Assembly: GCA_017411715.1 (NCBI GenBank)
Contig: JAFQPO010000014.1
Span: 174,258-238,257, forward strand
Direction of reading: 5' to 3'
Length of the DNA: 64,000 bases
Origin: Bacilli bacterium
GTDB lineage: Bacteria; Bacillota_I; Bacilli_A; ML615J-28; CAG-313
Shown here: positions 60,623 to 64,000 of the stretch, in pieces
How the letters are laid out: each line of letters starts with the position of its first letter
Position numbering within the stretch: the stretch's first letter is position 1
Notes under the pieces: model-generated
Database searches by the model: none
What the model saw: only the letters and a program-made list of their open reading frames with translations
What the model was told of the DNA's origin: nothing
Made by a program: the position numbers and the translations under genes

Positions 60623-61423
60623 TTATTTTCCTTTCTGTGATTCTTCAACTTCTTCAGTTGAATCACTCATAGATGTATTTGATTGTTGCTCAGCTAGAGC
60701 TTTTAAACGAGCTATTTCAGCTTCTAATTCCTTCGTTTTGTCTTGTTCTCCTTTATTATCACCCTTTAATGATAATAATAATACAATCACGAATAATGAT
60801 AAAGGTAAAATTATACATAAAATAGTACCAAGTGGTTTACTAACAAACTTCGCAAAACTTCCTAATTTAGGAATACGACCAGAATAGAATCCCACAACAT
60901 CATCCAAATCATAAGTTAACACGGGAGCAGGTTTATTAGGATTGTAATTTTTTAATCCTTTTGTATCAATAACCCATTCACCGTTTTCATTTTGATAAAC
61001 TTTTTGAAGAATATGAGTAACTAAGTAAAAGTCTTTTGAATTTTGTTTGTACTCCTTATACGTTATGTATACATTTTTTCCATTATAATCACCATTTTTT
61101 AAAGCTTCAATATCTTCATCAGTGATATTTTTAGAGAAAACTAAATCTCCAACCATTATTTCAGGTTCCATAGAGTCAGAATCAACCATACGAGGAGTAA
61201 TTCCGAAAACAGATGGTGCCTCATCAGGATTTGCAAGACCTTTAATAATGATAGTAAAGTTGACAATTAAAACTGGAATCATCAAGAGGATTAATACTGA
61301 ACCAATTATAAAACCAGCCCATGAAGCTTTAGTTGTCGGCTTATTGTTTTGCCAGTATTTTTTTAATTTTGATTCTGGCTTTTCACTTAAGCTTTGTGAA
61401 TTTTGATCTTTTTCTAGGTCCAT
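60623..61423 (-). CDS. sipW: Signal peptidase I, SipW type, copy 2, with N-terminal cytoplasmic extension and C-terminal TM + coiled-coil tail
   Basis: DSDSMEPEIMVGDLV catalytic Ser motif, conserved His; C-terminal TM then KTKELEAEIARLKALAEQQ; AAGGAGGG SD. Confidence 0.65.
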   Translation of the reverse strand: MDLEKDQNSQSLSEKPESKLKKYWQNNKPTTKASWAGFIIGSVLILLMIPVLIVNFTIIIKGLANPDEAPSVFGITPRMVDSDSMEPEIMVGDLVFSKNITDEDIEALKNGDYNGKNVYITYKEYKQNSKDFYLVTHILQKVYQNENGEWVIDTKGLKNYNPNKPAPVLTYDLDDVVGFYSGRIPKLGSFAKFVSKPLGTILCIILPLSLFVIVLLLSLKGDNKGEQDKTKELEAEIARLKALAEQQSNTSMSDSTEEVEESQKGK

Positions 61424-61465
61424 ATTAGCCCTCCTTTACAATAAAATCAAATACAAATCTAATTG

Positions 61466-61502
61466 TGTACAATATTATAGCATTGTTAAACTTAATTTGC
61501 AA
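61466..61502 (-). promoter_or_regulatory. Strong sigma-A-type promoter of the sipW/TasA-like operon
   Basis: Minus strand TTGCAA(-35, 61497-502)-17 bp-TGcTATAAT(-10, 61474-82), about 45 nt upstream of the sipW-2 SD. Confidence 0.6.
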
Positions 61503-61560
61503 CGATTTTGACTTTTTAGCGCCTTATTTGGACAAATTTGGCAAAATATTTTTGATTTTT

Positions 61561-63906
61561 TTACTTAAAATATACGATTGTTGAGCCTTGTCCACCCTCA
61601 TTTGCTCCTCCAAAACGGTAAGATTCAACGTGAGGATTGTTTTTTAGGAATGAGTGAACTAAAGTTCTGATAGTACCAGTTCCATAGCCGTGGATGATTG
61701 TAACTTGTTTAATATTGGTATAAATACAATCATCAAAATACTTTTCTAACTTATCTTTTGCTTCTTCATAGCGTTCACCTCTTAAATCTAAAGTTAAGCT
61801 CATATGCGCAACAGATTTATGTTTGATAAATGATGATTGTTTAGGTTTTGATATTTCTTTGATTGGGCCTTCAACAAGTTCAATTTGCCCTGAATTTAGT
61901 TTTAACTTAACATTGCCAACTAATACCTCGAATTGTTTAGGTTTTAATACTTTTATAACTTCACCATACTGATCATATGATTTAACATAAACAGTATCAC
62001 CCATATGAACATCTCTTGTTGGAGTTTTAACAATTACTTCTTTTTCAGGAATTAAATTATCTAGTTCTTTCTTTAAAGCAATTGTTTCATGAAGTTTGAC
62101 TTGTTCAGCAGTTTGTTTTTCTTTAATTTCAGAAAGAATTTTTTTAGCGTCTTGCGTGATTTTCTCAACGATAATTTCCGCTTTTTTCTCTGCTTCTTGA
62201 ATAATTTTTTCTTCTTTTTGACTAATGTTAGAAAGTTTTTGATTATACCTAGAAGTTAACTCTTGATATGTTTTTAATTCTTCTTGTATTTTTTTAGTTT
62301 CTTCATCTAATTCACGATTTTTGATTTCTAATTTTTCAATTAAGTCTTTGACATCACTTTGAGAGTTAGCTTGTCTTTCTTTCGCAAACTCAACAATTTC
62401 ATCTTTAAGGCCTAATTTAGAAGCAATATTAAAGGCATTTGACGCACCTGGAGTGCCTATTTTTAGCTTATACGTTGGTGAAAGAGTATCTTGGTTAAAT
62501 TCCATGGATGCATTTACTATTTTTTCTTCATTAAAAGCAAATGCTTTTAGTTCAGAATAGTGGGTTGTTGTAATGAATGAAATATTATTTTTAATTAGGT
62601 ATGAAAGTATTCCAATGGCTAGGTTCGACCCTTCTTCTGGATCTGTTCCCCCTCCAATTTCATCAAATAATACTAATGAATTAGGTGTTACATTATCAAC
62701 AATTTCTATAATATTTTTCATATGTGATGAGAATGTTGATAGATTTTCTATAATAGATTGGTCATCACCAATATCACAAACAATCATATCATAAATCATG
62801 ACATTTGATTTTTCATCCGCTGGAATTAATAGTCCATGTTTTACCATTAATGATAGTAAACCTACAGTTTTTAAAAGAACTGTTTTACCACCAGTATTAG
62901 GACCAGTAATAACTATACCTAAATACTTATTAAAATCTACATTATTTGGGATAACTTTTTTAACATTTAAAAGTGGATGTCTTGCGTTTATTAAGTTGAA
63001 TTGATGATTTGTATTAATGTTTACTCTTCTAGCGTCTTGTTTTTTAGCTAGTCTTGCTTTAGCAAACAAAAAGTCTAAATCAACAATTTGTTTAAAAGTA
63101 AATGAAAGTTCTTCAACATACTCACTTAAGACATTAGAAAGATTTCTAAGAATTCTTTCTTCCTCTTCTTTTTCTTCGTATTTTAGTTCCCTTTTTTCAT
63201 TCATTAATTGTGTTACAACAAGGGGTTCAATAAAAACTGTTTGATTACTTGCGGAAACATCTCTAATAGTCCCTGGAAATTGGTTTTTATATTCCGCCTT
63301 AACAGGGATTACATAGTGATCATCACGCATTGAAACTGTTATTTGAGAAAGTTTGGCTGATTCTTTACCTAGTAATTCTTGAAGTTTGTTTTTTATTCTA
63401 ATATCAATATTTCTTAATTTTGATCTGATATTACGTAGATTAGATGAAGCATCATCTAAGATTGAACCATCTTCATCAATAGATGATGTAATTTTTTGAT
63501 AGATGTTTTCATCATAAAATAATGAATCAACTAATTCTTCAAAGTATTTAGTTTCAATATTTTCTTTGTGTAATATTGTTAATAATTGATTGTTCCCTTT
63601 AACAGTTCTTAATAAATTATGAACTTCATAGATTTCAGCTCCTGATAAAATAGCTTTAATTGATAATCTTTTTAGAATATCAGTGATATCACGAATTAAA
63701 TAGATTTGTGCAAAATCAATTCTCGTAGTAATCATTAACGCTTCATCAGTTCTATCAAGTTCAAGATTAAGGTCATTAACGTCTGAGATAGGGGATAATT
63801 CAGTAATTAACTTCTTTGTTTTATCGTTTACCGCAAAGTTTTCTAAGGCTTCTAAAATTAGATGAAATTCTAACTTTTTCATCGAAAATTGGACACTCTT
63901 ATTCAT
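61561..63906 (-). CDS. mutS2: Endonuclease MutS2 (MutS domain + C-terminal Smr domain)
   Basis: Walker A GPNTGGKT, C-terminal Smr (LDLRGERYEEA... HGYGTG); start placed at ATG 63906 (GAGGT SD); longer ORF-track start possible. Confidence 0.9.
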   Translation of the reverse strand: MNKSVQFSMKKLEFHLILEALENFAVNDKTKKLITELSPISDVNDLNLELDRTDEALMITTRIDFAQIYLIRDITDILKRLSIKAILSGAEIYEVHNLLRTVKGNNQLLTILHKENIETKYFEELVDSLFYDENIYQKITSSIDEDGSILDDASSNLRNIRSKLRNIDIRIKNKLQELLGKESAKLSQITVSMRDDHYVIPVKAEYKNQFPGTIRDVSASNQTVFIEPLVVTQLMNEKRELKYEEKEEEERILRNLSNVLSEYVEELSFTFKQIVDLDFLFAKARLAKKQDARRVNINTNHQFNLINARHPLLNVKKVIPNNVDFNKYLGIVITGPNTGGKTVLLKTVGLLSLMVKHGLLIPADEKSNVMIYDMIVCDIGDDQSIIENLSTFSSHMKNIIEIVDNVTPNSLVLFDEIGGGTDPEEGSNLAIGILSYLIKNNISFITTTHYSELKAFAFNEEKIVNASMEFNQDTLSPTYKLKIGTPGASNAFNIASKLGLKDEIVEFAKERQANSQSDVKDLIEKLEIKNRELDEETKKIQEELKTYQELTSRYNQKLSNISQKEEKIIQEAEKKAEIIVEKITQDAKKILSEIKEKQTAEQVKLHETIALKKELDNLIPEKEVIVKTPTRDVHMGDTVYVKSYDQYGEVIKVLKPKQFEVLVGNVKLKLNSGQIELVEGPIKEISKPKQSSFIKHKSVAHMSLTLDLRGERYEEAKDKLEKYFDDCIYTNIKQVTIIHGYGTGTIRTLVHSFLKNNPHVESYRFGGANEGGQGSTIVYFK

Positions 63907-63975
63907 TTTGTACCTCATTTAACTTTCTTTTTTAAAATTTTTATGGTATAATATTAGTGATTTAGGAGGTAATTT

Positions 63976-64000
63976 ATGAGCAAGACAATTAAAGCTACAC
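63976..64000 (+). CDS. Start of an unidentified CDS running off the window (MSKTIKAT...)
   Basis: TAGGAGGT SD 5 nt upstream of ATG 63976; only 8 codons visible. Confidence 0.3.

Noticed and set aside
1-64000. CRISPR arrays, rRNA or tRNA genes, and IS elements or transposases
   Set aside because: I scanned the intergenic regions for regularly spaced direct repeats, for GC-rich structured islands and for transposase motifs (DDE, IS200/605 HuH). None was found. The only repeats are short hairpins or terminators and the two 11-mers noted in the findings.

Overview
This is a 64-kb chromosomal window from a very AT-rich, low-GC Bacillota genome (roughly 28-30% GC by eye). Gene content and order are Bacillus-like and include endospore genes: mutS(partial)-mutL-miaA; dacB-spmA-spmB; rluB; queH; lepA-hemW-xerD; cmk/rpsA-der-gpsA; parC-parE divergent from plsY; nif3-sigma-trmK-sigA-dnaG-glyQS(T-box)-recO-era-cdd-ybeY-phoH-yqfD-yqfC-rpsU; spoIVA-hup; mutS2. 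This points to a spore-forming Bacilli/Erysipelotrichia-like organism, not a Clostridium, because topo IV and plsY are linked, UPF0374 and UPF0154 are present, and no GyrA box is seen. I found about 60 CDS and no rRNA, tRNA, CRISPR array or IS element. The ORF track (>=60 aa cutoff) missed three small genes: a 4Fe-4S ferredoxin, rpsU and a yqzL-like ORF. It also missed the T-box leader of glyQS. The best candidate for an undescribed system is an accessory-looking operon at 57.7-61.4 kb. It has its own strong sigma-A-type promoter and terminator. It encodes two SipW-type signal peptidases with coiled-coil cytoplasmic tails, a small secreted protein with a SipW-cognate (TasA/CalY-class) signal peptide, and a 484-aa type-II membrane protein whose ectodomain is a paralogue of the small secreted protein. 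An attenuator-like alternative hairpin sits between the two paralogues, and a canonical Fic protein with an auto-inhibitory SxxxEG motif lies next door. Other notable points are a second full-length RpoD paralogue inserted between trmK and nif3, three gene fusions (DeoB-alpha/beta-hydrolase, Ham1-kinase-like, Cmk-S1), a degenerate Fic-like protein coupled to queH, and a 775-bp non-coding gap between convergent genes that contains a strong SD + 14-codon hydrophobic mini-ORF + hairpin.
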